A stretch of DNA of 64,000 nt from an uncultured Acidimicrobiales bacterium (GCA_963803845.1 CAWDNZ010000004.1:349309-413308); one strand, 5' to 3'. Positions 10,437-21,136 are shown, counted from the stretch's first letter. Notes: generated from the sequence alone by a model not told the origin. Translations and numbers: made by a program.

Positions 10437-10617
10437 GCGCCGGGTGGCAGACCGGCGGGATCGTGTTGGTCGGTCCTGCGGTCTTGGCAACCATCTCAGT
10501 CAGGACGGAATCAACCAGTACTCGATCAATCAGAGCCGGCGTCCGCGGTGACCTACGATGTGGCAGAGGCGATGCCGTCGTGATCGCTCTTGCGAAGTTA
10601 CCAAGGAGGCACGAACG

Positions 10618-12816
10618 TTGACCGATCAACCCCACGACGATCTCGATCCACTCGAACGCTCGCTCCTCGACAGAATTGACCGGCTCATAGCCGACCCCCA
10701 CCGGGAGCACCACGAGCCGATGATGGCTGCAACGCTGCTGGAGGCGCAGATCACCAGTCGGATCATCGATCACACCGCCCGCTGGCTGCGAGCTACACAC
10801 GGTCTCGGGCACTACACGATCGGATCTGCCGGCCACGAGGCCAACGCCCTTGTGGCGCTCTCGCTGGAACCGACCGACCCTGCGCTTCTCCACTATCGCT
10901 CTGGCGGGTTCTACGTCGCTCGGTCACTGCAGGCACAGCACGCCGGCACCACGGTGGACGATCCGGCGGACGACATCCTGCGCGGCATGCTCGCTCGGTC
11001 CACCGAACCGATCGCAGGCGGACGCCACAAAGTCTTCGGAAATCACGTTTTGTCGATCATCCCGCAAACGTCGACCATCGCATCCCATCTGCCCCGCGCC
11101 GTCGGACTGGCGCTCAGCTTCGAACTCGCAGACGATGCCTCGCTCACGTGGCCGATCAACTCCGTTATCGTGTGCAGCTTCGGCGACGCCTCGTTGAACC
11201 ACTCGACGGCTCAGGGTGCGATCAACTGGGCGTCCAACCTGGCATTTGCCGGGAGGCGAGTGCCGATTCTTTTCGTCTGTGAAGACAATGGATTGGGACT
11301 AAGCGTCCCAACCAAACCCGATTGGGTAGCTGATTCGGTCCGGTCCCGCCCAACGATCGACTACACACGGATCGCCGGTACCGACCCCTCGCAGGCACTG
11401 GCGGCGTTACCCCTAGCCATCCAACGTGTCAGAGACGAGGGCCGTCCCGGTTTCATCCATCTCGAAACGGTTCGCTACCTCGGCCACGCCGGCACCGACG
11501 TGGAAACGGCCTATCGGTCCCCTGATGACATACGCACCGATCTTGACCGTGATCCGATTCTTTCCGCCGCCCAACTCGCCATCGACAGCGGCGTGTGCGA
11601 CGCCACCGAGGTCGTGGAGTGGTATCACGACCTGCGGTCCACCATCCGCGGTAGGGCTCTCGAACTGGCCGAAGAGCCGACCCTGGTCGATGCGGCAGAG
11701 GTCATGGAGCCGCTCGCTCCCATGTTGAGGATCCGGGGCGACTCGTTCGCTGAACAGGACACCGCAAAGTCGCTGTCGAGCGAGCGACTCACACTGGCCC
11801 AGTCCATCAACCGGACCTTGGGTGATCTACTAACCGAACGATCCAAGACAATCGTTTTCGGGGAAGACGTCGGGCGCAAAGGTGGTGTCTATGGCGTGAC
11901 CCGGGGACTCCAGAAGCGGTTCGGAGACCGGCGAGTCTTCGACACCGTGCTCGATGAGCAGTCTGTACTCGGTCTCGCATTGGGGTCCTCGCTCAACGGA
12001 TTCCTTCCCATGCCCGAAATCCAATATCTCGCCTACCTACACAATGCCGAAGATCAACTTCGCGGCGAGGCTGCAACGCTGGCGTTCTTCTCCAAGGGCC
12101 AGTATCTCAATCCCATGGTCGTGCGGGTGGCGGCCTACGGCTATCAGAAAGGTTTCGGAGGACATTTCCACAACGACAACTCGATCGCCGTCCTCCGTGA
12201 CATTCCCGGCGTGGTAATAGCGTCGCCTGCCCACCCCAGCGACGCTGGCCCGATGCTTCGGGCATGCATTGAGCACGCGGCCAGGACCGGAGCTGTCTGT
12301 GTGTACCTCGAACCGATTGCGCTGTATCACACCACCGATCTGCACGAACCTGGAGATGAGGAATGGACCGCAGACCTCGGGTCTGTCCGCATCGATCCTC
12401 TCGGTGGACGAGTCCACGGTGCCGGAACAGACCTCACGATCCTCACCTGGGCCAATGGCGTGTACCTCAGCAGGCGAGCTGCGAAAACCCTGAGGGATAC
12501 TCACGGCATCAACGTTCGCATCCTGGACCTTCGCTGGTTGGCACCATTACCGACCGATCAGATCCTCGCCGAAGCGAACGTCACGGGTCGGGTTCTCGTC
12601 GTTGACGAGACGAGACGAACCGGAGGTGTGGGCGAAGGCATCCTCGCAGAACTCGTCGATGCTGGTTTCACCGGTTCGATCGCCCGCGTCACCAGCGAGG
12701 ACTCCTTCATCCCCCTCGGCGCTGCGGCAAATCACGTGCTTCTCGGCGAAGACGACATCATCGGTGCTGCACGGAACATCCATGGTGAGGAGCTGGGACT
12801 CCAAACGCGACACTGA
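10618..12816 (+). CDS. TPP-dependent 2-oxoacid dehydrogenase E1, fused alpha/beta
   Basis: GHE, FGDAS...EDN, GEDVGRKGGVYGVT, EIQYLAY, GHFH; TTG start after AAGGAGG. Confidence 0.88.
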   Translation: MTDQPHDDLDPLERSLLDRIDRLIADPHREHHEPMMAATLLEAQITSRIIDHTARWLRATHGLGHYTIGSAGHEANALVALSLEPTDPALLHYRSGGFYVARSLQAQHAGTTVDDPADDILRGMLARSTEPIAGGRHKVFGNHVLSIIPQTSTIASHLPRAVGLALSFELADDASLTWPINSVIVCSFGDASLNHSTAQGAINWASNLAFAGRRVPILFVCEDNGLGLSVPTKPDWVADSVRSRPTIDYTRIAGTDPSQALAALPLAIQRVRDEGRPGFIHLETVRYLGHAGTDVETAYRSPDDIRTDLDRDPILSAAQLAIDSGVCDATEVVEWYHDLRSTIRGRALELAEEPTLVDAAEVMEPLAPMLRIRGDSFAEQDTAKSLSSERLTLAQSINRTLGDLLTERSKTIVFGEDVGRKGGVYGVTRGLQKRFGDRRVFDTVLDEQSVLGLALGSSLNGFLPMPEIQYLAYLHNAEDQLRGEAATLAFFSKGQYLNPMVVRVAAYGYQKGFGGHFHNDNSIAVLRDIPGVVIASPAHPSDAGPMLRACIEHAARTGAVCVYLEPIALYHTTDLHEPGDEEWTADLGSVRIDPLGGRVHGAGTDLTILTWANGVYLSRRAAKTLRDTHGINVRILDLRWLAPLPTDQILAEANVTGRVLVVDETRRTGGVGEGILAELVDAGFTGSIARVTSEDSFIPLGAAANHVLLGEDDIIGAARNIHGEELGLQTRH

Positions 12817-12868
12817 AAACCGTGGTGGCAAACTCAATAATTACGCTTCTTGAACCGACAAGTACGGC

Positions 12869-14974
12869 ATGGAACCCGTTTCGCTCGAGGGGCTCATGGA
12901 CAAGCTTCCAGATGCCGTTTTGGCGATCGACACAGCCGGGGTGTTGCGCGGCGCGAACGCGACCGCGGAAAGCCGATTTGGATGGCCACGAGAAGAATGG
13001 CTCGGCCGTAGTCTTCTCGAACTCATCCATCCCGGCGATATCGAATGGGCGATTTCCTCGCTGGACACGGTCGTTTCGAAAGACGTCGGCACTCCCATCG
13101 AGGTTCGGGTGCGTAGCGCAGAAGACTGGCGACTCGTCGAAGTCATCGGCACATCGTTCGCCCACCAGGACGAAGATCTGATCCTGCTGTCGGTCCGGGA
13201 CCTGACAGAACGACGTCTGTGGGAGGTAGCCGGTGACGACACAGCGATGTTTCGCTCGATCATGCAGAACGCTCCCACCCTCACCTTCCTCACCGATCGC
13301 GAGGGCATTGTGCGAGCAGTCTCTGCTGCACTGATCCGGCTCACCGGCCGCGGGCCAGACGAAGCCATCGGCCGCAGTGTGACCGACTTGGTTGTTCCCG
13401 CCGACCGGGGCCGGTTCTCCCTCGCCCTGCAAAAGCTGCTCGAGAACCAACACGGACAGACCAAGCTCGAGGTGATCTTTGGCGCGACCGGGCGAGCTCC
13501 GGTTCCTTGCCAACTTTCGATGGTGAATCTTCTTGCCGACCCTACGGTGGGAGGAGTGGTCATCTCCGGTCACGACATCACCGAACTGCGCGATATCCGC
13601 CACGAGCTCGAGCACCTCGCACGGCACGATCCGCTCACCGGTCTCCCAAACCGGACCCAACTCACGCAAGTCCTGCAGACCTGGCTGGATAACGCCGAAA
13701 CAGCCAGCGGGCGGATCGCAATAGCATTCATCGATCTCGATCGATTCAAGCCGGTCAATGACCTGTACGGCCACGAGACAGGCGACGAGTTGCTCATTAG
13801 CGTCGCTTCTCGCCTCCGTAGTGTGGTGCGTGGAGACGATTTGGTCGCCCGGTTCGGCGGCGACGAATTCGTGATGATCGCTAGACTCGCAGCCGACCTC
13901 AACCTTCAGCAGCTCGCCACCCGATTCGAAGAGGTGATCGACCGGCCCTTCAATCTGTCAGTCGGAGAGGTGAGAATCGCCGCCAGCGTCGGGGTGATCG
14001 AGGCGGTGCCTGGCGACGAAGTCGACACGGTCCTGGCCGAGGCGGACGTTGCCATGTACGCCGCCAAGAACAACCGACAGTCCGACTTGACCCCCGGTCG
14101 CACGGTGCTGGTTCGGCGTGGTCTCGCCGAACGGGTCTCCCAGGCCCTCGACATGGGCGAGTTCGTGGTTCACTACCAGCCGATCGTCGAGCTCCAGTCA
14201 GGCCGATGGGTCGGCCTCGAGGCTCTCGCCCGCTGGGACCATCCTGAGCAGGGTCTCCTACTACCGGTCGACTTCCTCGACATCATCGAAGACATCGGCA
14301 GAGGAGCTCGGCTGGGTGAAATCGTGATCGATATGGTCTGTGCCGACATGCATCGTCTTCATCTCGACGCCGGCGTCATGCCTGGCGTCTCTGTCAATGC
14401 ATCGGTCGATGAGCTGACCGATCCGGAGTATCCCTCTGTGGTCGCAGACTCGCTGCGGCGATGGGGCGTCGCACCGGACCGTTTCACCATTGAGATCTCC
14501 GAACGGTCGATGCTCGAGCGACGTAGCCGATCCGGCATCGCCGTGCCCACCAATCTCGCTGCACTCGCCGATGCAGGAATCCACCTCGCCGTCGACGACT
14601 TCGGGACAGGCTATTCGTCCCTCACTCATCTCGTTTCGTTCCCGGTGGACGTGATCAAGATAGATCGAACTTTCGTCGCCGGTGTCGTCGGCGACGACCA
14701 GCGCCGATCGGTGATCTCCGCGCTGGTCGGACTAGCCGACAACACCAACATGACAGTTATCGCCGAAGGGATCGACCAGCCGAACCAGATCACCGTGTTG
14801 CGCGATCTCGGCTGCCGTCTGGGCCAAGGCTTCCACTTCGCCCGTCCGATGCCCTACGACGCCCTGGTGCTGGCCTATCGGACCGAAGGAGCTCTTCGAG
14901 AAACGTCTGAAGCGCGCGGGGCTGAAGCGGACGTCTTGCATGCCGTTCGAGTACGGGCCGACCGAGCACCCTGA
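12869..14974 (+). CDS. PAS-PAS-GGDEF-EAL c-di-GMP signalling protein
   Basis: HDPLTGLPNR, RFGGDEF, EALARW, DDFGTGYSSL, KIDR, QGF. Confidence 0.95.
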   Translation: MEPVSLEGLMDKLPDAVLAIDTAGVLRGANATAESRFGWPREEWLGRSLLELIHPGDIEWAISSLDTVVSKDVGTPIEVRVRSAEDWRLVEVIGTSFAHQDEDLILLSVRDLTERRLWEVAGDDTAMFRSIMQNAPTLTFLTDREGIVRAVSAALIRLTGRGPDEAIGRSVTDLVVPADRGRFSLALQKLLENQHGQTKLEVIFGATGRAPVPCQLSMVNLLADPTVGGVVISGHDITELRDIRHELEHLARHDPLTGLPNRTQLTQVLQTWLDNAETASGRIAIAFIDLDRFKPVNDLYGHETGDELLISVASRLRSVVRGDDLVARFGGDEFVMIARLAADLNLQQLATRFEEVIDRPFNLSVGEVRIAASVGVIEAVPGDEVDTVLAEADVAMYAAKNNRQSDLTPGRTVLVRRGLAERVSQALDMGEFVVHYQPIVELQSGRWVGLEALARWDHPEQGLLLPVDFLDIIEDIGRGARLGEIVIDMVCADMHRLHLDAGVMPGVSVNASVDELTDPEYPSVVADSLRRWGVAPDRFTIEISERSMLERRSRSGIAVPTNLAALADAGIHLAVDDFGTGYSSLTHLVSFPVDVIKIDRTFVAGVVGDDQRRSVISALVGLADNTNMTVIAEGIDQPNQITVLRDLGCRLGQGFHFARPMPYDALVLAYRTEGALRETSEARGAEADVLHAVRVRADRAP

Positions 14975-15049
14975 CCTATCGAGCGCGCTCCCACACCGCC
15001 AGCTCGGAGACGTTCCGGTCGGCCAACGCTCGGAGCAACCACAGCTGAC

Positions 15050-15490
15050 TCATTCGTGGGCGTGTTTCGCGTGATCGACGTCCATGTTGAAGAGGCGCCC
15101 TGCGAGCTCGCGAGCAAGTTCAATTCCCATCGAAGGGTTGTCCTCGAGGATCTGGTCGAATCGGTTATACGGAATGGTCAGCAGGGTCACATCCTCTGCC
15201 GCCGTAACGGTCGCACTGGAAGGTCCAAGCCCGAAGAGGCCGAGTTCGCCCACAATTTCGCCGGCGGGGATCGTCGCTACGTGCTCACCATCGACGTGGA
15301 CGTCCACCGACCCGGACACGATGATCGACGCTTCCCGATTGTGATGACCCTGCCTGATGATCTGCGTGCCAGAGGTGACATCAATTTCGTCTGCTGCCTG
15401 AGCGAGATGAACCAGCCCCTCTTTCGTGGCGTTGCGGAAGAGTGGGATTTTCTTCAGACGGTCCATCTTGGCGTCGGGATGAAGTCTCAT
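15050..15490 (-). CDS. Stand-alone cyclic nucleotide-binding domain protein
   Basis: LKKIPLF, IIRQG, GEIVGELGL...SATVTA. Confidence 0.85.
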   Translation of the reverse strand: MRLHPDAKMDRLKKIPLFRNATKEGLVHLAQAADEIDVTSGTQIIRQGHHNREASIIVSGSVDVHVDGEHVATIPAGEIVGELGLFGLGPSSATVTAAEDVTLLTIPYNRFDQILEDNPSMGIELARELAGRLFNMDVDHAKHAHE

Positions 15491-15602
15491 TGTTGTTCGG
15501 GCTCCTGTTGGCCAGTCGGCTACCGGCTGAGCCTAGACGCTGGTTCATTCCGGATGAAAGCCGAGCGGTCCCTCATCCTCGCCAGTCAGCTGGACTTGCT
15601 GT

Positions 15603-17699
15603 CTAGAGACCCTTGATGAAGCTCACTTGCTCGTTGAAGACCCATTCACTTTCGGTTGAACTGAGATCGCCCCAGATCACGTAGTTGTCCACGAAAGCGA
15701 ACGTGTAGCCGAATTGATCGGAAGCTTGGGCCGTGCCGTCAACAATTTCAATCGTGAAGTCCGAACTCAAGACTGCGGCGGGGTCCACGGGACTGCTGAA
15801 GCGAATGATCTCCACCGAGCTGTCGCCGCTGTAAGCAAAGGCCGCCACTTCGAAAGCCGGTGCTGCGGTCATGTCGCCGAACCACGCAAGGTAGGTACCG
15901 TCCGCTTCAACGGCGAATGAACCTTCGATCGATGGAGCCAGCACGCCGCTGAGCGCATCCTCACCATTTGATGGCCTGGTACCTGGCTCGTCGCCTGTCT
16001 CCAGTTCTTCAAGGAATTCCAACCATTCCTCTTCGGTCATGGCCTCACCATCGGATCCGAAGTCGACCGCCCCATTTCCGGGCTCGAACGACGTAGTTCC
16101 GCCACCGTTGAATTGGTCGAAGAGGCCTTCGAGTTCCGCCAGCTGTTCAGCGTTACCGAACGCCTCCCAATCGGTCTCCATGAGGACATCCAGCATTTCC
16201 TGGCCGATCTCGTCTTGGCGGTCCACGATCTCTTCGATGTCGGTACCGATAGCCACGAGGTCGGTCGGTTCCAGGACAGTCATCAGATCGTTGATCGTCT
16301 CCAGGTACGTAGGCATCGTCGAGAGGTACCAGCGGCCGTCTCGCTCTACCACGGTCACACCGAGATCCACCGCAGCCATCCGCTCGAAAGCGCTGACGGT
16401 GGTGTCGGAGAGGTCCGCGACCTCCAGCAGTCGATCGAACAACTCTCGGGCTGCTTCGGCTTCGGGCGAGGTGTCACTGGCACAGCTTTGCGTGGTCTCA
16501 CCATCGAAGATGATCGTGGTGCAACCTCCGGCGATCGTGAAGGACCCAGAGACCGGTGAGCTGCTCAGCTCGCCGGCGCCTACCTCTATCGACACCTTGA
16601 TCTCGTTGAGGCTGGCCACCTGGCGGCCGTTCACTTCGGTCGCAGCGAAGTCCACCAGGTCCACCGACCACTCGACGTCCTGGAGTTGTGCGGCCGCAGC
16701 CGCGTCATCCATTCCTTCCTGCAACTCAGGCAAGAAGAGCGGCGAATAGTCATAGAGGACGGCGGCCTCCGAGGGGTCCATCAGCGTCAGCATGGCCGTG
16801 GCGTCCAGATCTGAGATCGCCAGGATCATGTCTTCCATCACTGCGTCCGGCGTCTCGGCTCCCACCGGGGCCGGACCGTTTCCGAGCCCGGGGAAGAGCT
16901 TCTTCGCATCTCGGCGCGCGGCTTCCGCACCCGAGTAGTAGAGGCTGACATACCACGATCCGTCCACTTCCACCACGGCCATCTTCATAGGCTCTTTGGC
17001 CATGTCGGCGACGGTCCGAGTGGTGTCGGCTTCGGGCATCTCGATTTCGAACCGATCCCAGAGGGGCCCCATCGGGGTCTGAGGATTGTTGGGGGCTGAG
17101 ATCGTGCCGCCGGTGGTGGTCACGTAGTGCAACCCGGGGTCGAGCGCCTCCACGGAGTAGGTGACGCCCTCCACCCGGATGTCGAGAAAGCTGGCCGCAG
17201 CCGGGTCGGCATCGGCGCCAAGAATCTCCAGTCGACGCATGTGCCCAGCCATGTCGAACATGGGCTGGGCCAACGATTCGCGCTCGCCGGGGTGCATGAC
17301 CTCTGCTACGCCAACGAGATCTTCGTTGTCCAACGCCGCGAAGAAGAGTTCTACCGCTTCTTCGGAACTGGCGGGACCTTGGGGGGCTCGGAGAGCGGCC
17401 GTAGCGGCAACACCGCCGCCGATCGCAAGGGCGCCGAGCAGTCCGGCAACGGCGAACCGGCCCGCTTTACCGGACTTACCGACCGCAGAATGGGTGGATG
17501 CGCTGTCCTGTGGTTGACCCAGCAGCATCTCGGGCTGAACCGGATGGGCCGCACCAGGGGCACTGAATCCCGCCGGGGCCGAAGCGCCAAATGGGTGAGG
17601 CGCTGCTGGTGGAACACCGGGCGCGCCGGGGAACCCCGATGAGGCGGCTCCTGCCGCTGGGTTGTTCCACGAAGGGGGTGTGAATCCTGAATCTGTCAT
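15603..17699 (-). CDS. Large acidic membrane-anchored hypothetical protein
   Basis: Pro/Gly-rich N-terminus and one TM helix; two similar segments end VVEVDGSWYVS and VVERDGRWYLS. Confidence 0.75.
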   Translation of the reverse strand: MTDSGFTPPSWNNPAAGAASSGFPGAPGVPPAAPHPFGASAPAGFSAPGAAHPVQPEMLLGQPQDSASTHSAVGKSGKAGRFAVAGLLGALAIGGGVAATAALRAPQGPASSEEAVELFFAALDNEDLVGVAEVMHPGERESLAQPMFDMAGHMRRLEILGADADPAAASFLDIRVEGVTYSVEALDPGLHYVTTTGGTISAPNNPQTPMGPLWDRFEIEMPEADTTRTVADMAKEPMKMAVVEVDGSWYVSLYYSGAEAARRDAKKLFPGLGNGPAPVGAETPDAVMEDMILAISDLDATAMLTLMDPSEAAVLYDYSPLFLPELQEGMDDAAAAAQLQDVEWSVDLVDFAATEVNGRQVASLNEIKVSIEVGAGELSSSPVSGSFTIAGGCTTIIFDGETTQSCASDTSPEAEAARELFDRLLEVADLSDTTVSAFERMAAVDLGVTVVERDGRWYLSTMPTYLETINDLMTVLEPTDLVAIGTDIEEIVDRQDEIGQEMLDVLMETDWEAFGNAEQLAELEGLFDQFNGGGTTSFEPGNGAVDFGSDGEAMTEEEWLEFLEELETGDEPGTRPSNGEDALSGVLAPSIEGSFAVEADGTYLAWFGDMTAAPAFEVAAFAYSGDSSVEIIRFSSPVDPAAVLSSDFTIEIVDGTAQASDQFGYTFAFVDNYVIWGDLSSTESEWVFNEQVSFIKGL

Positions 17700-17849
17700 T
17701 ACTCATGCTTCCGCTGTTTGATTGCCGCAAGACCGGGCGTGGTCCTGACCCATCTATGGACATCGGACCGCCACATGTTGTTCCTTGAGGATCTAAGCGA
17801 AATTCCTCATGAGGGAGAGGCGGCGCAGAGCGCCTTCGATCAGGAGTTT

Positions 17850-18272
17850 TTACGGTGAAGCGACCACAACAAGCCCAACAGCGATGATGAGTCCAGCAAC
17901 CGCACCGAGGACGGTGAGGGGTGGACCAGTCCCGGCGTTGATAGGGCTGAGTATCACGATCACACCAACGCACAACGACACCAGCGACTGCAAGGCAAGC
18001 AACCCGGCTGCGGGACGCAACCGCCCCAGCGCGGCGAATCCCACAACGCCCGCCGCCACCACCGGCAGCAGGAACCACCCAATCCTTATGGTGGTAAAAC
18101 CCTCCAAACCGAGCTGTTGGGGGATGCGGAACATCTCGAAACTGTTCCTCACCCGGGTGCCGGCAACAAACCAGCCCAGGAACATCCCGAGGGTCATGAG
18201 CCCCGCTGCAGCACCCGCCCCTATCGAGAGCGCTTTCCGCAGTCGGAGAAGAAGGGTGGTCCGAATCTTCAC
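17850..18272 (-). CDS. Small membrane protein (about 4 TM)
   Basis: GTG overlaps the TGA of the upstream gene; strongly hydrophobic. Confidence 0.6.
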   Translation of the reverse strand: MKIRTTLLLRLRKALSIGAGAAAGLMTLGMFLGWFVAGTRVRNSFEMFRIPQQLGLEGFTTIRIGWFLLPVVAAGVVGFAALGRLRPAAGLLALQSLVSLCVGVIVILSPINAGTGPPLTVLGAVAGLIIAVGLVVVASP

Positions 18273-19438
18273 AGGCACGATTGCAGTGCGGGGGCCAGAT
18301 CGCCCTTGCTGTCGCATGCGACTGAATCGAGACCCAGAAAGCCAGCCAGTTCGAGGAGTGTCAGAGCGAGATTCTCGGCCACGTGGGAGCGATCATGGCC
18401 CGGTTCGAGAAAAGCGGCGCGAACCCCAAGTACGCCGGCCGTTCGATCCGCCTTCAGATCCACTCGTGCCACCAACTCATCGCCGAGCAGGAAAGGAAGC
18501 ACGTAGTACCCATGGATGCGCTTCGCCTCGGGCACATAGATCTCGATGCGATAGCGGAAATTGAAGAGGCGCTCCGCTCGAGGCCGGAACCACACCACCG
18601 GGTCGAATGGTGACAGGAGAGCTCGAGCGGATGCTCGACGCGGGCGCTTGGCTGTGGCGTGCAGCAGCGCCGGTTGGTCCCAGCCAGAAACCTCAACTTC
18701 ACGCAGCAGCCCTTCTTCCACCACCTCCCGCAGGAGAGGCCGAGCGGCTGGCATCTTGATGCGAAAGTAGTCTGCAATGTCGGCCGCAGTGCCAATGCCG
18801 AGGGCCTTCGCCCCGATCATGAGCAGTTCTCGTTCCGCCTCGTCTTTGGGCAAGGGAGGCAAGGATCTGACACGCTCCGGCAGCACCCGCTCGGGAAGGT
18901 CATAGTGGGTCTTGAAGTTGGCAGGACGATTTGCCACGGCCAGCAGACCCTCGGAGTGCAGGCTTACAAGTGCAACTTTGCCTTTGGGACTTCCCCACCA
19001 CGGACCGCTCCTCTCCCCCGGTTCGGAAAGGTCCGAAACGCTGAGCGCTCCCCGTTCCCCAATTTCCGCCAGCACGTTCTCGATATAGCCGGGGTGCTGT
19101 TCTCGAACCTCCCCGGCTCGCCGCCACCGGCAGGAATCAAATCGATGCGCCAGCAGCGGCAACAACTCAGCCGAAGTGATCGAAGCCTCATGCGCCAGGA
19201 ATTCCATGTTCTCGCCGCTCTCCCACAACCATCGGTCTAGCTTTTCCTGGTCGTAGGGACCCAACCTTGCCAACACCGGGAGGAAGTGACTGCGGCAGAC
19301 CACGTTCACGGAGTCCAGTTGCAGGATCGCCATTCGCCGGAGCACTCGGCGGAACTGGCTTACGGTGACCGCTCCGGGCCGACTATCGCAAAACCCCTGG
19401 GCCGCCAATGCGATTCGACGAGCCCCGGCCTGATCCAC
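18269..19438 (-). CDS. YcaQ/AlkZ-like (HTH_42) crosslink-repair DNA glycosylase
   Basis: ARRIALAAQGF, LQLDSVNV (QxD), LLSPFDP, YRIEIYVP..KR.HGYYVLPFL. Confidence 0.88.
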   Translation of the reverse strand: MDQAGARRIALAAQGFCDSRPGAVTVSQFRRVLRRMAILQLDSVNVVCRSHFLPVLARLGPYDQEKLDRWLWESGENMEFLAHEASITSAELLPLLAHRFDSCRWRRAGEVREQHPGYIENVLAEIGERGALSVSDLSEPGERSGPWWGSPKGKVALVSLHSEGLLAVANRPANFKTHYDLPERVLPERVRSLPPLPKDEAERELLMIGAKALGIGTAADIADYFRIKMPAARPLLREVVEEGLLREVEVSGWDQPALLHATAKRPRRASARALLSPFDPVVWFRPRAERLFNFRYRIEIYVPEAKRIHGYYVLPFLLGDELVARVDLKADRTAGVLGVRAAFLEPGHDRSHVAENLALTLLELAGFLGLDSVACDSKGDLAPALQSCL

Positions 19439-19691
19439 GATTCGCAGTCTGGCGCAGGCGCGCCGGAACTCAAACGAACGGCGGCGCGAATTTGCCCCGG
19501 CCTTTGCCTACCCCGGACTGAGCGTGGAGGCCGCTTCTGGTACGGTGCCGTCCGGGAACGCGTCGCGCCGCATGCAGTCCCGTGGGCTCCGGGAATCGAC
19601 GGGACCGTTTCACATACCTCAGCTTTATTGCCGGTCGGGCACTCTTGGCTTGTCTGCAATAAACCTTCTGAGGAGAGAGTTACACACCCCC

Positions 19692-20279
19692 ATGGAATTC
19701 ATACGACGGAACAAGGTCTTTCTCGGGGCTGGCGCCAGTGTCGGGCTCGTTGTTGTGGCTGTACTGGCGTTCGGCGTGTTTGGAGTCCAGACCCTTTTCT
19801 ACGACAACGAAGTCAGCGAAGGTGGCCCGGTGTTCGCCAGCGGCGTCAGTGCAGCGTCCCAGGATGAAACAGACTCACCGATCGGCGAAACCGACCAACC
19901 CGCCGACAAACCGGCATCTGACGAATCGGACGAACCTGTAGCGGATGAACCGAACCCGACACCGGTAGTGGAGACCGTGGCTCGCGCCTCGTTTGCTGAT
20001 TCGGAGATCCATTCGGGCAGTGGCGACGCCGTGGTCCTGTCGGATGGCGCCCAACAATTCCTCCGGTTCGAAGAGAACTTCGCTACCGACAACGGCCCCG
20101 ATCTCAACGTCTACCTTCGCGATGGATCGGGAAACTTCATCGACCTTGGCGACCTCAAAGGCAATATTGGTAGCCAGAACTATGAGTTACCGCCCGACGT
20201 TGACATCGGCGTCTTCAATCGGATCGACATCTGGTGCGTCCGCTTTGGGGTGAGCTTCTCCACTGCGGAGTTGATTTGA
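19692..20279 (+). CDS. Membrane-anchored DM13-domain protein
   Basis: N-terminal TM; FATDNGPDLNVYL, LGDLKGNIGSQNY, IWCVRFGVSF. Confidence 0.88.
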   Translation: MEFIRRNKVFLGAGASVGLVVVAVLAFGVFGVQTLFYDNEVSEGGPVFASGVSAASQDETDSPIGETDQPADKPASDESDEPVADEPNPTPVVETVARASFADSEIHSGSGDAVVLSDGAQQFLRFEENFATDNGPDLNVYLRDGSGNFIDLGDLKGNIGSQNYELPPDVDIGVFNRIDIWCVRFGVSFSTAELI

Positions 20280-20297
20280 CGCCCATAGAATCACCTC

Positions 20298-20450
20298 ATG
20301 GAGAAACCGCCCCCCGATCCCGCCAAACTGCTTGACTTTTGGATGGAATGGGAGAAAGGCAACGACAGCCCCGGCACGGTGATGAAGAACCTGAAGAATG
20401 GCGGCATGAAGGAGCTGCTCCACCAGCTGGCCGGACGGGAGATTTCCTGA
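20298..20450 (+). CDS. 50-aa small protein absent from the ORF track
   Basis: MEKPPPDPAKLLDFWMEWEKGNDSPGTVMKNLKNGGMKELLHQLAGREIS*; TAGAAT lies 6 nt before the ATG; G/C-ending codons dominate. Confidence 0.7.
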   Translation: MEKPPPDPAKLLDFWMEWEKGNDSPGTVMKNLKNGGMKELLHQLAGREIS

Positions 20451-21136
20451 TCTTCGATCCGCCCCCTGGGCGAGGAGGCCCGCAGCAGATTCCCCGTCCA
20501 CCGGGCGCCCAACTGGGAGAACCGGCCCGGTGGACCAATGTTGTGCCTCCAGTGGACCTGGAGCGAATTCTCGCCCTGGCCGATCCCGAGAATCCCGGCC
20601 TCCCCCACCCACCGGTCGACGCCGGTAAGGAGCCATCAGCCGTCCTGGTGCCGATCTATCCCACCCCCACCGGTCCCGAGCTCCTTTTCACCCGCCGAGC
20701 CTGGACGCTTCGTTCGCATCCCGGCCAGTTGTCTTTCCCCGGGGGTCGGCGGGATCCCGAAGATGCCGATCTGGTGGATACGGCAGTGCGCGAAACCGAA
20801 GAAGAGATCGGACTACCTCGGTCGGCAATAACGATCATCGGCGAACTGGAGCGCCTCACCACCGTGAGCAGCCCGGCCAACATCGTGCCGATCCTGGGCT
20901 TGCTGGAGGAACGGCCGACCGCCCTGACGCTGGCGACCGATGAGGTGGACGACGTGGTCTTCATCCAGCTGGCGGAGCTGCTGGACCCAACGATCTACCG
21001 AGAGGAGATCTGGTTTCGCCATATCGGCGGCAACGCTGGGTTCGAGGGCCTGCCCGTTACCTTCTTCGAGCTGGAGGGTGACACGCTCTGGGGAGCCACC
21101 GCCCGCATCGTCCGAGGAATCCTCGAACGGCTCTAG
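20447..21136 (+). CDS. Nudix CoA pyrophosphatase (start approximate)
   Basis: LLFTRRAWTLRSHPGQLSFPGG, AVRETEEEIG, LWGATA. Confidence 0.88.
   Translation: MIFDPPPGRGGPQQIPRPPGAQLGEPARWTNVVPPVDLERILALADPENPGLPHPPVDAGKEPSAVLVPIYPTPTGPELLFTRRAWTLRSHPGQLSFPGGRRDPEDADLVDTAVRETEEEIGLPRSAITIIGELERLTTVSSPANIVPILGLLEERPTALTLATDEVDDVVFIQLAELLDPTIYREEIWFRHIGGNAGFEGLPVTFFELEGDTLWGATARIVRGILERL

Noticed and set aside
8738-15600. Horizontally acquired block upstream of guaB3, where guaB2 often sits
   Set aside because: The content is accessory-like, but I found no mobility genes or boundary repeats and could not measure a compositional shift.
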